Below are positions 8,882 through 18,452 of a stretch of DNA of 64,000 bases, piece by piece. The stretch lies in IMG/VR virus record IMGVR_UViG_3300023177_000002; one strand, 5' to 3'. The notes under the pieces were generated by a model. That model saw nothing but the letters and a program-made list of their open reading frames with translations, was not told the DNA's origin and made no database searches. Position 1 is the stretch's first letter. Each line of letters opens with the position of its first letter. The stretch comes from a virus. A program made the position numbers and the translations under genes.

Positions 8882-9446
8882 TAACTCATAGTTTTTATAC
8901 TTTAGAGTTCTATAAGTCGATAGCGAGCTGTTAAATTTCTTTACATACCCGACGGTGTTACCTCGCTATTAGCAGGGGTTTCGCCGTTTGAGCTTTCTTT
9001 TGTCATATATATTTCTATATAAGCGACCTAATACTAAGTCGAACCCCGGTCTTGCATGGATTTAATAAAAATTCATTCACATAGTTAGTTGTATTTTTAG
9101 TCGGTCGTCTGCTACAACTACATACTTAGGACTTACTTGTATTCGGACAAGTGGCCTACATCCCCGTTTATCGCACTCATAGCAATTGGGGCCTTGCTAT
9201 CGAGTTCTCTTGTCAGCGATTAGGCCATTACGGCTACAGGTACTTCGACTAGTGCCAAAGCCTGTTCAAAAGTCATGTCAGATTTTTCTTCTGCACTTAT
9301 TGTTTAAACGGATTTTACGTCATCGGTTCACTGACGCTATGCATTTATACTACATCTCATTCAATCGATTCCTGTCGAGCCCAAATTAATATACTAAATT
9401 AATACATTAAACGCAAGTGCGGTAGAGTCGCCTCTGCCACATAATC

Positions 9447-9779
9447 TTATACCGGAATTTCTTCTATTTCAACATCATTTAAAAAGTCAAATGTTGAACT
9501 TGGATCATTCGAAGGATCTCGAACATATCCACATAATTTTTCATATAGTTTATCACTAGAGGATAATATACGAATCTTCACATATTCCTGTTTATTGCTC
9601 CAAGTAGTGATTTTTATTATATCTTTCGCATGTAAGTAAAAAGGATCAGTGTGAAATGTCTCTTGAAATCCACGCGTCTGCATTTTCTTTCGACTATCAC
9701 TATCAAGACCCACTAATTCTATTTCAATATCTCGCATAATACGATAAGGTATGTTTTCTTTTGGTATGTGGAATTTCAT
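9447..9779 (-). CDS. hypothetical protein
   Basis: ORF. Confidence 0.4.
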   Translation of the reverse strand: MKFHIPKENIPYRIMRDIEIELVGLDSDSRKKMQTRGFQETFHTDPFYLHAKDIIKITTWSNKQEYVKIRILSSSDKLYEKLCGYVRDPSNDPSSTFDFLNDVEIEEIPV

Positions 9780-9783
9780 AACG

Positions 9784-9856
9784 AGCCAACTAAGAGAGTC
9801 GAACTCTTGACCTTTGCTTTACGAAAGCACTGCTCCACCAATTGAGCTAAGCTGGC
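9784..9856 (-). tRNA. tRNA-Thr (anticodon CGT)
   Basis: acceptor GCCAGCT/AGTTGGC, D-arm GCTCAATTGGTGGAGC, loop TTCGTAA, T-arm AAGAGTTCGACTCTCTT. Confidence 0.7.
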
Positions 9857-9878
9857 TATACAATTGTATATTTTTCTG

Positions 9879-9950
9879 AGCCGACTGAGGGATTTGAACC
9901 CCCGACCTGAGCATTACAGGTGCCCTGCTCTACCGCTGAGCTAAGCCGGC
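9879..9950 (-). tRNA. tRNA-Thr (anticodon TGT)
   Basis: acceptor GCCGGCT/AGTCGGC, loop CCTGTAA (C33), T-arm GGGGGTTCAAATCCCTC. Confidence 0.65.
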
Positions 9951-10181
9951 ACACATAGTCACGGATTTCCGATGTCACCGTGAAAAGGTTTTCTCCTCCC
10001 TATTGGCCTGTCAATTGTAATTATAACCATTATCTAATTACAGCCTAACTGGACTCAGGTATGCATTGCATTTAGGGCTTTGACCGCGACCCCAGATTCC
10101 GTGTATATCTGGGCGTTATGGAGTGACTCTACGCTACGAGAAATTTTCCAGTTCGTCTATACTCGTATTCTATGTATTGTA

Positions 10182-10469
10182 TTATATAATTAACTCTGAA
10201 AGTAATTCCTGCAATAATTTTACGATAAGATCTTGTTGACTAATACGATCTTGTAGTATATTTTGTATTTTTGAAGTATTTATACCTTTATTGCATCCCA
10301 TATCCAATATAGCTTCCTTCGGCAATTGTTGCCGAATTGACTCGGTTTTTTCTGCGATCGTGTTAATTATTGCCTGTGTTTCATCTTGTAATGTCTGCAG
10401 TTTATACAAACTACCTTCCATTATGTTTGTAGCCTTTGCTTCGCCGCAGGATTGTTTAGTGTTTATCAT
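10182..10469 (-). CDS. hypothetical protein
   Basis: ORF. Confidence 0.4.
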   Translation of the reverse strand: MINTKQSCGEAKATNIMEGSLYKLQTLQDETQAIINTIAEKTESIRQQLPKEAILDMGCNKGINTSKIQNILQDRISQQDLIVKLLQELLSELII

Positions 10470-10708
10470 ATACTAATTCCATTTCTCTTATTATTGTTGT
10501 ATCACCATTTTCCCATCTTACTTGTACATAAGTATAATTATCACGGTCTTCAGAAGCATAACGCATAACAATGCCTTTCTGACCGTCTAATATATCTACA
10601 ACCTTATCACCACGTTTAAAATTATACATGAAGCAAAAGGTAGGTTTTGAATCTACTATTTAGCGGATGTACTCCGCTGTCTTATTCATATTAGACGATC
10701 TTTTGCAA

Positions 10709-10996
10709 TTACCAAAATACGTTTATTAAATAATTTCCTGGCGCCAGTACACCGAGTTTTACCAAATACATTAATATATAACGCGTATATCGATCTTCTC
10801 CTAATAGGATTTTACGCTCAATATCTAAATATGACTTGTCATCTTTAGGCATTTCAACATTAAAAGTATATGCTGCATAATTATTTGCTTCATGACAGGC
10901 CACAAATTCGTAATCACCTTTAAACGCTGGAATATGTTTATTAACTAATTTATCAAATTCCATGTAGTCCATTTCATAATATAAAATTTGTTTCAT
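10709..10996 (-). CDS. hypothetical protein (start trimmed to avoid tRNA-Gln)
   Basis: ORF; internal Met MKQILYY used as start. Confidence 0.4.
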   Translation of the reverse strand: MKQILYYEMDYMEFDKLVNKHIPAFKGDYEFVACHEANNYAAYTFNVEMPKDDKSYLDIERKILLGEDRYTRYILMYLVKLGVLAPGNYLINVFW

Positions 10997-10999
10997 ACG

Positions 11000-11072
11000 C
11001 TGGGATGAAAGGACTCGAACCTTTATCATTCAGTTCCAGAGACTGACGTTCCACCAATTGAACTACATCCCA
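11000..11072 (-). tRNA. tRNA-Gln (anticodon CTG)
   Basis: acceptor TGGGATG/CATCCCA (U1-A72 as in bacterial tRNA-Gln), loop CTCTGGA. Confidence 0.75.
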
Positions 11073-11079
11073 AAAAATG

Positions 11080-11153
11080 CAGAGCTACAGAGATTCGAAC
11101 TCCGATTCCAAGATCCAAAGTCTTGTGTACTAAACCAATTGTACGATAGCTCT
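11080..11153 (-). tRNA. tRNA-Gln (anticodon TTG)
   Basis: acceptor AGAGCTA/TAGCTCT, loop CTTTGGA, T-arm CGGAGTTCGAATCTCTG. Confidence 0.7.
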
Positions 11154-11157
11154 ATAA

Positions 11158-11724
11158 TTATAGATACAGCTTACGTTCGATTATATATTCACGCACCGAA
11201 TCAACTACTAATCCTTTTATTGTCAAATGATTTTTTATTCGATTACGAATATCCGTTGAACTCACTTGTATGTAGGGCATAGGTAGCGACCGAAACTTAT
11301 GTGCCATCAGAGGTGCAGTACTTCGTTCAGCCACTAAAATATGTTCGTGCCCGATAATCTCTACAAGTTCATTAGGGTCCTTCCAACGGTAAAAATCTAA
11401 TAATGAATCACCACCTAACAGCAAATATAAATCATCTTCTGGATAATGATCTTTAAATAATTTTACAGTGTCTATAGTATATGATACCTTATCACGGCAA
11501 ATCTCTGTTGTATCACAATAAGTACTTTCGCATTCGAACGCCGTTAATCGTGTCATAGCGACTATATGATGAGCTTCTGTATGTTTATGATCCTTTAATG
11601 GAGAAAGCGCATTAGGCACCATAGCTATACTATCCAAATGATATAATTCCTGAGCACTTCTACACAACCATAAATGTCCAGCGTGCGGCGGATCAAAACT
11701 GCCACCAAATATTCCTAGTTTCAT
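11158..11724 (-). CDS. nicotinamide/nicotinate mononucleotide adenylyltransferase (NMNAT/NadD family)
   Basis: N-terminal GGSFDPPHAGH nucleotidyltransferase (H/T)xGH motif. Confidence 0.75.
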   Translation of the reverse strand: MKLGIFGGSFDPPHAGHLWLCRSAQELYHLDSIAMVPNALSPLKDHKHTEAHHIVAMTRLTAFECESTYCDTTEICRDKVSYTIDTVKLFKDHYPEDDLYLLLGGDSLLDFYRWKDPNELVEIIGHEHILVAERSTAPLMAHKFRSLPMPYIQVSSTDIRNRIKNHLTIKGLVVDSVREYIIERKLYL

Positions 11725-12434
11725 GGGCGTGCTCGTAAAGTTGGTTCAAGCCACAAAGGTTTGTCATCAGAAAGTAATACGTCGCGCATTGATGGGTATC
11801 GATCAAACAATTCAAAAGTTCGTGTTGTACTTGTTTTGAACATTTTAAACAATTCGTCTTTTTTACGTTCCCAAGAAATACGATTATTCAATTTGTTTAA
11901 TAACTCACGATTACCAAAACATGCTTCTACTGATAAGTCGATCTGCATTTTTTTGGTTACGGCAAATCTTAACGCGCGTAGCATGCGTAAAGCATCTTCA
12001 TTGAAGCGATCTTCGGGCTTACCAACACATTTAATGAGATTATTTTGTATGTCAATCAACCCACCATGCGGGTCAATAAAAGGACGCTTTGGATCTTGCA
12101 TGTCGATCGCAATAGCATTCATTGTGAAATCACGTCTGGCTAGATCGTCATACAATGTGCCCAACTCAACAGTATCAGGTCTACGACCGTCTGAATAGTT
12201 ACCATCCTTTCGACATAACACAAAATCAGCATCACCAAAACCATCTATATGAGCACGGATAGTGAAGTATTCTGGGGTCTCGAGATATATTTTGCCTTTG
12301 GCAAGAATATAATTTCTCATTTCTTCCCAAGAAACTGCTACTACTGCATAATCAATATCTTTTGACTTAACGCGTAATATTAAATCTCTAACACTACCAC
12401 CAACTTGAAATATTCTGATCATTTGTTGTGCCAT
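11721..12434 (-). CDS. tRNA nucleotidyltransferase (CCA-adding enzyme family) head domain
   Basis: VGGSVRDLIL (GGxVRD) and RRDFTMNA motifs of polyA polymerase/CCA family; only 237 aa. Confidence 0.7.
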   Translation of the reverse strand: MAQQMIRIFQVGGSVRDLILRVKSKDIDYAVVAVSWEEMRNYILAKGKIYLETPEYFTIRAHIDGFGDADFVLCRKDGNYSDGRRPDTVELGTLYDDLARRDFTMNAIAIDMQDPKRPFIDPHGGLIDIQNNLIKCVGKPEDRFNEDALRMLRALRFAVTKKMQIDLSVEACFGNRELLNKLNNRISWERKKDELFKMFKTSTTRTFELFDRYPSMRDVLLSDDKPLWLEPTLRARP

Positions 12435-12958
12435 GCATAAGTTAAACAGATAGCAAAATCTTTATTAGGTAATTCAATCGTACAAAGTACTAGTGTATGG
12501 GAACCATCGCTGGGAAGTGTTGCAGACGTATAACCATGCCCTATAAATGATAATTCTACAAGGTTTGGAATAAGTAATTTCTTAACATCGCCGCCATTCA
12601 TACTGAGATGAAATTCGGTGTCTAATTGATAATCCGTTAATAAGTCTTTATAATTGTTTTTATTAAATGTTGCCACTGCTATCGGTAATGTACCGAAATA
12701 CGTATTTTCAGTCCAAGGACAAGTATACATTGAAGCCTGTTTTAATTTATCCAGAAAATCTTTTGGGATATTCATTTTGGCCAATGCGTTAAACGCGGAT
12801 GTTGAAATTATCATTGTTGGTATAATATCTAGTTTCAACACCTCTGGTGTGAGTTCCTTTATATCCAAACCAACTGCAAATATAAAATCACTGTAATCCC
12901 GAATATCGTTGATAGATGTTTCTATTTCACGTTGAAATAACAATCTTTTGCTTTCCAT
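12419..12958 (-). CDS. hypothetical protein
   Basis: ORF. Confidence 0.4.
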   Translation of the reverse strand: MESKRLLFQREIETSINDIRDYSDFIFAVGLDIKELTPEVLKLDIIPTMIISTSAFNALAKMNIPKDFLDKLKQASMYTCPWTENTYFGTLPIAVATFNKNNYKDLLTDYQLDTEFHLSMNGGDVKKLLIPNLVELSFIGHGYTSATLPSDGSHTLVLCTIELPNKDFAICLTYAWHNK

Positions 12959-12987
12959 AATATACCTTTTTATTTAGTTTATGATTG

Positions 12988-13069
12988 TGCGCAAAAAGGG
13001 ACTCGAACCCTTATGGATTTCTCCGCCACCCCCTCAAGATGGTGTGTCTGCCAGTTCCACCATTTGCGC
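12988..13069 (-). tRNA. tRNA-Leu (anticodon GAG), type II
   Basis: acceptor GCGCAAA/TTTGCGC, D-loop GAACTGGCAGA, loop TTGAGGG, long variable arm, T-arm AAGGGTTCGAGTCCCTT. Confidence 0.7.
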
Positions 13070-13076
13070 TTTTATT

Positions 13077-13289
13077 TTAAGGTTGCAGTTTAACTTCTAT
13101 GCTATCCATCCACAAATTCATATTATGAAATACTACTAAATATGAAGTATAAATATTTAATGTACCATTTTTGTCGGTGCCCGTTTCTGTTTGTATTGCA
13201 ATCACTTTTGCAGATTCTTCGTCCTGGAATTTTGGATTTATCGCCCGACAATTTATTGGTTTATGAAATGTAGCCAACAATGTACTCAT
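13077..13289 (-). CDS. hypothetical small protein
   Basis: ORF. Confidence 0.3.
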   Translation of the reverse strand: MSTLLATFHKPINCRAINPKFQDEESAKVIAIQTETGTDKNGTLNIYTSYLVVFHNMNLWMDSIEVKLQP

Positions 13290-13531
13290 TTTACATGCTG
13301 TCCTTTTAAAACAGTTATTAGTAGCTTTTCTGTATCTTTCCGATTTCGTACTTTATCAAAAACTCGTCCTAATATGTCTTTAGGTGTAACTACTACACAA
13401 TAATCTTCTGATACGAGTGCATGTTGTTCTTTAGTTATAACTTTATTTTCTAATAGATTGTTAACAAGCACTTCCTTTACTTGGTTTGCAAACTCAGTCA
13501 TGTTTTCTGTCGTCATGCTGTATATGTTCAT
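13286..13531 (-). CDS. hypothetical small protein
   Basis: ORF. Confidence 0.35.
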   Translation of the reverse strand: MNIYSMTTENMTEFANQVKEVLVNNLLENKVITKEQHALVSEDYCVVVTPKDILGRVFDKVRNRKDTEKLLITVLKGQHVK

Positions 13532-13808
13532 TTTTTATCTCCATTAATTTTACGTCATAATCAAACGACAATATTAAATATTGTTTTAGCTTTTTCAAAA
13601 AGTCGGCGTCTTTTGGTGATGCATTAATAGTTATCAATTTAGTTTTCGTGACGAATCTTCTTTTATGTAGACCATGTTTAATAGTCTCTTCCAACGCAAT
13701 TCTTAAATTATTAGTATATGCAAATACTACACGTAATACATTATTTTCCGAGGCTACTATTGCCACTATACCATTTGTTTTAGTTTTTATAATAAGATAT
13801 TGTCTCAT
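13494..13808 (-). CDS. hypothetical protein
   Basis: ORF. Confidence 0.35.
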   Translation of the reverse strand: MRQYLIIKTKTNGIVAIVASENNVLRVVFAYTNNLRIALEETIKHGLHKRRFVTKTKLITINASPKDADFLKKLKQYLILSFDYDVKLMEIKNEHIQHDDRKHD

Positions 13809-13809
13809 G

Positions 13810-13898
13810 CGGAAAGTAGGAGATTCGAACTCCTATGGCGCACTACACGCCTACTGGTTTTCGAGACCAGGCCCCGCACCAATGAGGTCAGACTTTCC
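13810..13898 (-). tRNA. tRNA-Ser (anticodon CGA), type II
   Basis: acceptor GGAAAGT/ACTTTCC, loop CTCGAAA, long variable arm, T-arm AGGAGTTCGAATCTCCT. Confidence 0.7.
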
Positions 13899-13902
13899 TA
13901 TG

Positions 13903-13989
13903 CGGAGAGTTAGGGATTCGAACCCCAGACGGACATAATGCCGCGCGCAATTTTCAAGATTGGTTCCTCGACCAAACCGGACACTCTCC
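13903..13989 (-). tRNA. tRNA-Ser (anticodon TGA), type II
   Basis: acceptor GGAGAGT/ACTCTCC, loop CTTGAAA, long variable arm, T-arm TGGGGTTCGAATCCCTA. Confidence 0.7.
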
Positions 13990-14149
13990 AAGAAAGCCAA
14001 TTATTTGGCTTTCAATAGTTGATACACTTTTCTTGTGCAAGTGGGTTTCATTACTAATGGAACTGATTTTTTATCGTAATATTCTACCCAAGGCGCATCT
14101 TTTGTTATTTTATAGGCTTTCTTACGCAAAGCCTTAGCTCGTTTTCCAT

Positions 14150-15364
14150 TCATTCTTCAACCACGCATTCTGTGTGTATTTTATCTGGTCGTAGTCGCTG
14201 AATTATTCCAAACTGTAATTTTCCAGAATCTTGAATATCCTGATATTCGGCTTCGATTACAAAGTTCTTTTTTACTTTACCAGAATTTAGATCCTTTGTA
14301 AGTTGTGCTAGTTCATCGTGAGTTAGTTTACCAGGGCCGACATATCCACGATCGATAATGGTGCCTTTGGAGTCGTATTGTGCCACAGCAAACTTCGCAT
14401 AAAAATTGGCGTGTTTTCCGGATTTTCCCTTAAGCCATTCTGTGACAAAAAAGTCATCAGTTTTGAGAAATTTGTATTTATAACTTCCCGCTCGATGTGC
14501 TTCTCCATCCATTGTATAAGAGATATATGATTTCTCACCTGGCACACGAAGGACAAAACCCTCCCAATTTTCTTCTTCGGCAAATTGAAGTAGCTCCTTC
14601 CAATCTGTGTATATGGGGGGCACGTTGATATTGATAGATTTGAGTAATTCGAATCGTTTAGTATATTCTCTATTTCCGACAAAATCTCCTTTGAAGAATA
14701 GGACATCGAAGGGGATACAGTTGAATTGTCCATCTTTTGATAACTCGTTATAACGCGATATAGCCTCCGCAGCATCATCTTTACGAACAACCTGCGCTAC
14801 ATGTCTAGGCGATTCACGTTTTGTTGTGTTGTTATAATATATAAATTCGGTTAATAAAAACGTTTCACTTGGTAGTATAGCCAATAATTTTTTTATAGGC
14901 GGTAACTGTATTAATACGTCTGTACGATCTTCCATACGACGTGAAAATACTTTTTCGGTAGTTTTGCCTTTAACCAAGAATAAGCAATGCCCATCGAATT
15001 TTCTTTGTCCATACGTATTTTTACCATCAATAATTGATTGTGGTGTTTTAGATATAGGTTTATTAGGACAAAATGCTTCTGGTATATTATCCAGATCAAT
15101 AACAGTTTGCACTATTGATGAGGTAACTGAAGGCATCTTTGTATCGTAACCTTCTTTTTTCTTAATTACGATCTTGGCTTCCATCTCTGCCAATGCCTGC
15201 TCTGCAGGTGTAGTTTCATTAGCTTTACCGATATTCATTCCCACACATACCTTCACAGTTTCTTGCTGTTTACCGTTTAATTGCCCCCAACGAGTATAGA
15301 ATTTTTCTTTTACAGTCCAGAATTCTAATACTTTAATTTTTCCTGTTTTGCTTTTTTGGTACAA
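14150..15364 (-). CDS. ATP-dependent DNA/RNA ligase (nucleotidyltransferase superfamily)
   Basis: motif I QRKFDGHCLF (KxDG), motif III-like LLTEFIYY, motif IV-like EGFVLRV, motif V-like YKYKFLK. Confidence 0.6.
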   Translation of the reverse strand: MYQKSKTGKIKVLEFWTVKEKFYTRWGQLNGKQQETVKVCVGMNIGKANETTPAEQALAEMEAKIVIKKKEGYDTKMPSVTSSIVQTVIDLDNIPEAFCPNKPISKTPQSIIDGKNTYGQRKFDGHCLFLVKGKTTEKVFSRRMEDRTDVLIQLPPIKKLLAILPSETFLLTEFIYYNNTTKRESPRHVAQVVRKDDAAEAISRYNELSKDGQFNCIPFDVLFFKGDFVGNREYTKRFELLKSININVPPIYTDWKELLQFAEEENWEGFVLRVPGEKSYISYTMDGEAHRAGSYKYKFLKTDDFFVTEWLKGKSGKHANFYAKFAVAQYDSKGTIIDRGYVGPGKLTHDELAQLTKDLNSGKVKKNFVIEAEYQDIQDSGKLQFGIIQRLRPDKIHTECVVEE

Positions 15365-15366
15365 AG

Positions 15367-15549
15367 TTAATTTTTTAATCCGAGCACCTTATTAGTTAGA
15401 TTTGTCATACAAATTGAACAAATATTACAATAAACAGGTATATAAGCATCATTAGTGCAAAGTACAAATTTTTCATTTTTTATTATCTTTGCTTGACATT
15501 TATGACAATGTCTGGTATTATCTGCTTTTTCTACTGTTATTTTTCTCAT
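15367..15549 (-). CDS. small zinc-ribbon protein
   Basis: CHKCQ...CNICSIC cysteine pairs. Confidence 0.35.
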   Translation of the reverse strand: MRKITVEKADNTRHCHKCQAKIIKNEKFVLCTNDAYIPVYCNICSICMTNLTNKVLGLKN

Positions 15550-15902
15550 TCTTTAATTCCCAAATTAGTATGTAATTTGCTTTTTACGGCGGCCATTGAA
15601 TTGAGTAACTGTGTTAATAATAATTTTCGGTAATCTTCTAAATCCATTTCTAGCGCCAACGCCCTCAGTTTAACATGTATGGCGTCCGGTTTAATAGCAA
15701 GTTCTATATCTTTGGACAACGTCCTTAACAATTCTACACATTTGTCTGTTGTAGCATTGTGTATAAAATTTTCTATATCTGTTATATGTTGTTCCATAGG
15801 TTTGATTGTGAAAGTGAGAGTTGAGTAATCGTCAAAGAATAATTTTTTTATAGCAGCGGTAGTAATAACTGCTAATTCTATTTGTTCATATGCCTTAAAC
15901 AT
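15546..15902 (-). CDS. hypothetical protein
   Basis: ORF. Confidence 0.4.
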   Translation of the reverse strand: MFKAYEQIELAVITTAAIKKLFFDDYSTLTFTIKPMEQHITDIENFIHNATTDKCVELLRTLSKDIELAIKPDAIHVKLRALALEMDLEDYRKLLLTQLLNSMAAVKSKLHTNLGIKE

Positions 15903-15976
15903 GTACCCCCAGCAGGACTCGAACCCGCACTATTCGCGTCCGAAGCGCGACGTTTTATCCAATTAGACTATAGGGG
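15903..15976 (-). tRNA. tRNA-Arg (anticodon TCG)
   Basis: acceptor ACCCCTA/TGGGGGT, stem TCGCG/CGCGA, loop CTTCGGA, T-arm GCGGGTTCGAGTCCTGC. Confidence 0.65.
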
Positions 15977-15986
15977 TATAATTATC

Positions 15987-16550
15987 TTATACCAAACTTA
16001 TTATAGCAATAACTAATATCCAAGCAATAATTCCACCTTTATATAATTCAACGGTATCACCAACCTCTCCGCCGAAAAATTTCATCCAATAACTAGGTAT
16101 TTTTAACTTTCCGATTTGGCGCGTTCTTGGTAACCAAGGCATATATTTTGGTAAACGAAATCCTAGAATGTGAATAACTTCTCGAGAGCGCCACCAACTT
16201 TCCGGTAATTTTATCCAACGAGAAAACAAAAAGAACATTAAGTCTTCAACCCCCGCATAGAATAAAAATACCGTACATAGAAACATTACAAGCGATACAA
16301 ATGTATAACCACTCCAGAATATTAACATTAATGCGACTTCAGCAAACCAAAATATAAATTGGCCCACAGATATATTCTCTGATGCAGTGTTTTTTAGTAT
16401 TAATGTATCTTCTTCAACGTCGGGAGGTAAAAACGGTAATGTATCCATTATTGCTTCCCAATATAATAATTCTTTTTTAGCCATTTGCCACAAGTCAAAA
16501 AGTGAAATAGCTATAAACTGTAGTATTTGAAATAGTAATTGTGCTATCAT
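15987..16550 (-). CDS. membrane protein
   Basis: several hydrophobic segments. Confidence 0.45.
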   Translation of the reverse strand: MIAQLLFQILQFIAISLFDLWQMAKKELLYWEAIMDTLPFLPPDVEEDTLILKNTASENISVGQFIFWFAEVALMLIFWSGYTFVSLVMFLCTVFLFYAGVEDLMFFLFSRWIKLPESWWRSREVIHILGFRLPKYMPWLPRTRQIGKLKIPSYWMKFFGGEVGDTVELYKGGIIAWILVIAIISLV

Positions 16551-16552
16551 AG

Positions 16553-16626
16553 TACTCCTAATAGGACTTGAACCTACAACCTCTTCGTTCGTAGCGAAGC
16601 GCTCTATCCAATTGAGCTATAGGAGC
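16553..16626 (-). tRNA. tRNA-Arg (anticodon ACG)
   Basis: acceptor GCTCCTA/TAGGAGT, D-arm GCTCAATTGGATAGAGC, loop CTACGAA. Confidence 0.7.
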
Positions 16627-16629
16627 ATG

Positions 16630-16704
16630 TACCCTCGATGGGAGTCGAACCCACACACAAGTCCTTAGGAGGGACTGACTCTATTCCATTTAAGTTACGA
16701 GGGT
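16630..16704 (-). tRNA. tRNA-Arg (anticodon CCT)
   Basis: acceptor ACCCTCG/CGAGGGT perfect, loop CTCCTAA, T-arm GTGGGTTCGACTCCCAT. Confidence 0.7.
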
Positions 16705-17148
16705 GGAGGTGTTACATCGTGGACTACATTTTGGGCATGGGCAACTTATACCGTGTACACAGGGAGTCCCATCTAGTTTCATACCAGTACCATGACATTC
16801 TGTACATTGGTCGTGCATGCATGGCTGCCAATGTGTATGTTTTTGAATATTTTCCAAATGTTGTTTTTGGATTCGTCTTAAGTTTTCTTCGTATTGTTCT
16901 TTATTCATATCGATCCTTAGTTGTAGTAGGGATCCTAGCCAATCCCCCACACAGGCGGGAATTAATAGCCAAGGGTCACTTACATATGATATAACAATTA
17001 CCGCGCCAAGCAAATATAATACTGAACCGGAGCTTGCCGCTTGTAGTTGTTTTTTTAAAGTTTGCGCATGTGCTGTGCGTCGTATATAATATGAATATAA
17101 AAAGCCGAGCACAAATGCTGCGAGAAATACATATATTATTTGAACCAT
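16690..17148 (-). CDS. membrane protein with C-terminal DnaJ-type zinc finger
   Basis: TM segments; CTECHGTGMKLDGTPCVHGISCPCPKC CxxCxGxG-like repeats; start trimmed to MVQIIYV to avoid tRNA-Gly; 3' end overlaps tRNA-Arg by ~15 nt. Confidence 0.4.
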   Translation of the reverse strand: MVQIIYVFLAAFVLGFLYSYYIRRTAHAQTLKKQLQAASSGSVLYLLGAVIVISYVSDPWLLIPACVGDWLGSLLQLRIDMNKEQYEENLRRIQKQHLENIQKHTHWQPCMHDQCTECHGTGMKLDGTPCVHGISCPCPKCSPRCNTSTLVT

Positions 17149-17150
17149 AG

Positions 17151-17224
17151 AGCGGTTGATGGGATTCGAACCCACGAGATTCTGCATGGCAAGCAGACGC
17201 ACTAGGCCTCTATGCGACAACCGC
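17151..17224 (-). tRNA. tRNA-Gly (anticodon GCC)
   Basis: acceptor GCGGTTG/CAACCGC perfect, loop TTGCCAT, T-arm GTGGGTTCGAATCCCAT. Confidence 0.7.
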
Positions 17225-17231
17225 CTAATTA

Positions 17232-17588
17232 TTACTTTTCTATCATAAAGATTCCGATAAGATCGAAAGCGTTATTTACGAAAAATTCATGACAGATAGG
17301 TTTTTCAAAAGTATCAAGTATCTTTTTAAAGTTACTCTCCAGCTCAGCCAAACTGTTGGTTGATATATTTCCGATAGTATGTTGAATTATTTCTATCGAT
17401 GTGGGATCGTCTTCTTCTCTGTATCCCAAACTGATAATTAGTTGATCAAGGGGTTCTACATATTCCACACCTAAGCTATGTGCCGAAATATTTTGAGTAG
17501 CTGCAAATTCAGTTACTTCTTTTAATATTTTTTCCGGGCTGTCAGAATTACTTTTAAATAATTTGATCTTATTAAAATATGTTTTCAT
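17232..17588 (-). CDS. hypothetical protein
   Basis: ORF. Confidence 0.4.
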   Translation of the reverse strand: MKTYFNKIKLFKSNSDSPEKILKEVTEFAATQNISAHSLGVEYVEPLDQLIISLGYREEDDPTSIEIIQHTIGNISTNSLAELESNFKKILDTFEKPICHEFFVNNAFDLIGIFMIEK

Positions 17589-17617
17589 ATATGTGATCCT
17601 TTATAAAAGTTGAAAAT

Positions 17618-17989
17618 TTAGTGAGATTGTCCATCTATAACTGGAAACAAATCAAATATACGCATACCATGTGATTCGAAAGGTATATTAAAATCTTTAC
17701 AAGCAAGTCGTATTCGTTCTACTCCAAGTGGATTCCACGAAATACAACAAACTTTTTGTATTGACTTACCTGCTTTGCCATATTCGGTTATTAAATGAGA
17801 ACCATCATGACAACTATCTCCAAGATCATGATCCATGTAAATAATGTCATATACATTTTTCTGAATTAATTTCAACGCATCTTCAAATGTTGTGGCTACA
17901 TGAATATTGGTGCGGTTTAAATCAAACCACTCCGGTTGTTTTTCATCATCAACAAATAAAATCATTTTTTCGTATAACCCATGGATCAC
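17618..17989 (-). CDS. stand-alone response-regulator receiver (CheY-like REC) domain protein
   Basis: MILFVDDE ... IIYMDHDLGD pattern of REC acidic pocket and phospho-acceptor Asp. Confidence 0.5.
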   Translation of the reverse strand: MIHGLYEKMILFVDDEKQPEWFDLNRTNIHVATTFEDALKLIQKNVYDIIYMDHDLGDSCHDGSHLITEYGKAGKSIQKVCCISWNPLGVERIRLACKDFNIPFESHGMRIFDLFPVIDGQSH

Positions 17990-18452
17990 TCCCTGGATAA
18001 GCCCAATAGGGATTTGCTTGTTTTGATGCGTGGTTTGTATCAGTTAATACTACTTCATCCATAAATTGATCCTTTAGTTTATACAAACGCTTTTCCAACC
18101 CATTAATCATCTGTGAAGGATGCTCATGATAATGTACGGAGTTTTCATCCCAATTAGGATGAAATCTTTTAATGTCACTATATATAATATATGCTCGTAA
18201 TGGAGCAGGATTCACTAATTGACATTTTAAAGCCCATTCATAATTAAGTTGTAAAATATAAATACCGACTGAGGCCGCCTTATCAGAAAATTCCATTGAA
18301 ATATTTATTTGACCGATTTGGTGCGCCTTATGCGCAGGTTGTTCAGGATAATTATATCCGCAACACGACCAAAGTGTTTTGATACCTAATAAGTTTAAAT
18401 AAGCAATGGTTTTTACCAATGGTAAATCGATATCGTCTTTTAAGTTTGACAA
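17949..18452 (-). CDS. hypothetical protein
   Basis: ORF. Confidence 0.4.
   Translation of the reverse strand: MSNLKDDIDLPLVKTIAYLNLLGIKTLWSCCGYNYPEQPAHKAHQIGQINISMEFSDKAASVGIYILQLNYEWALKCQLVNPAPLRAYIIYSDIKRFHPNWDENSVHYHEHPSQMINGLEKRLYKLKDQFMDEVVLTDTNHASKQANPYWAYPGSDPWVIRKNDFIC

Noticed and set aside
13993-14012. Hairpin AAAGCCAATTATTTGGCTTT after the ligase gene as an intrinsic terminator
   Set aside because: No U-tract follows on the transcribed strand; more likely a processing or stability hairpin ahead of tRNA-Ser.
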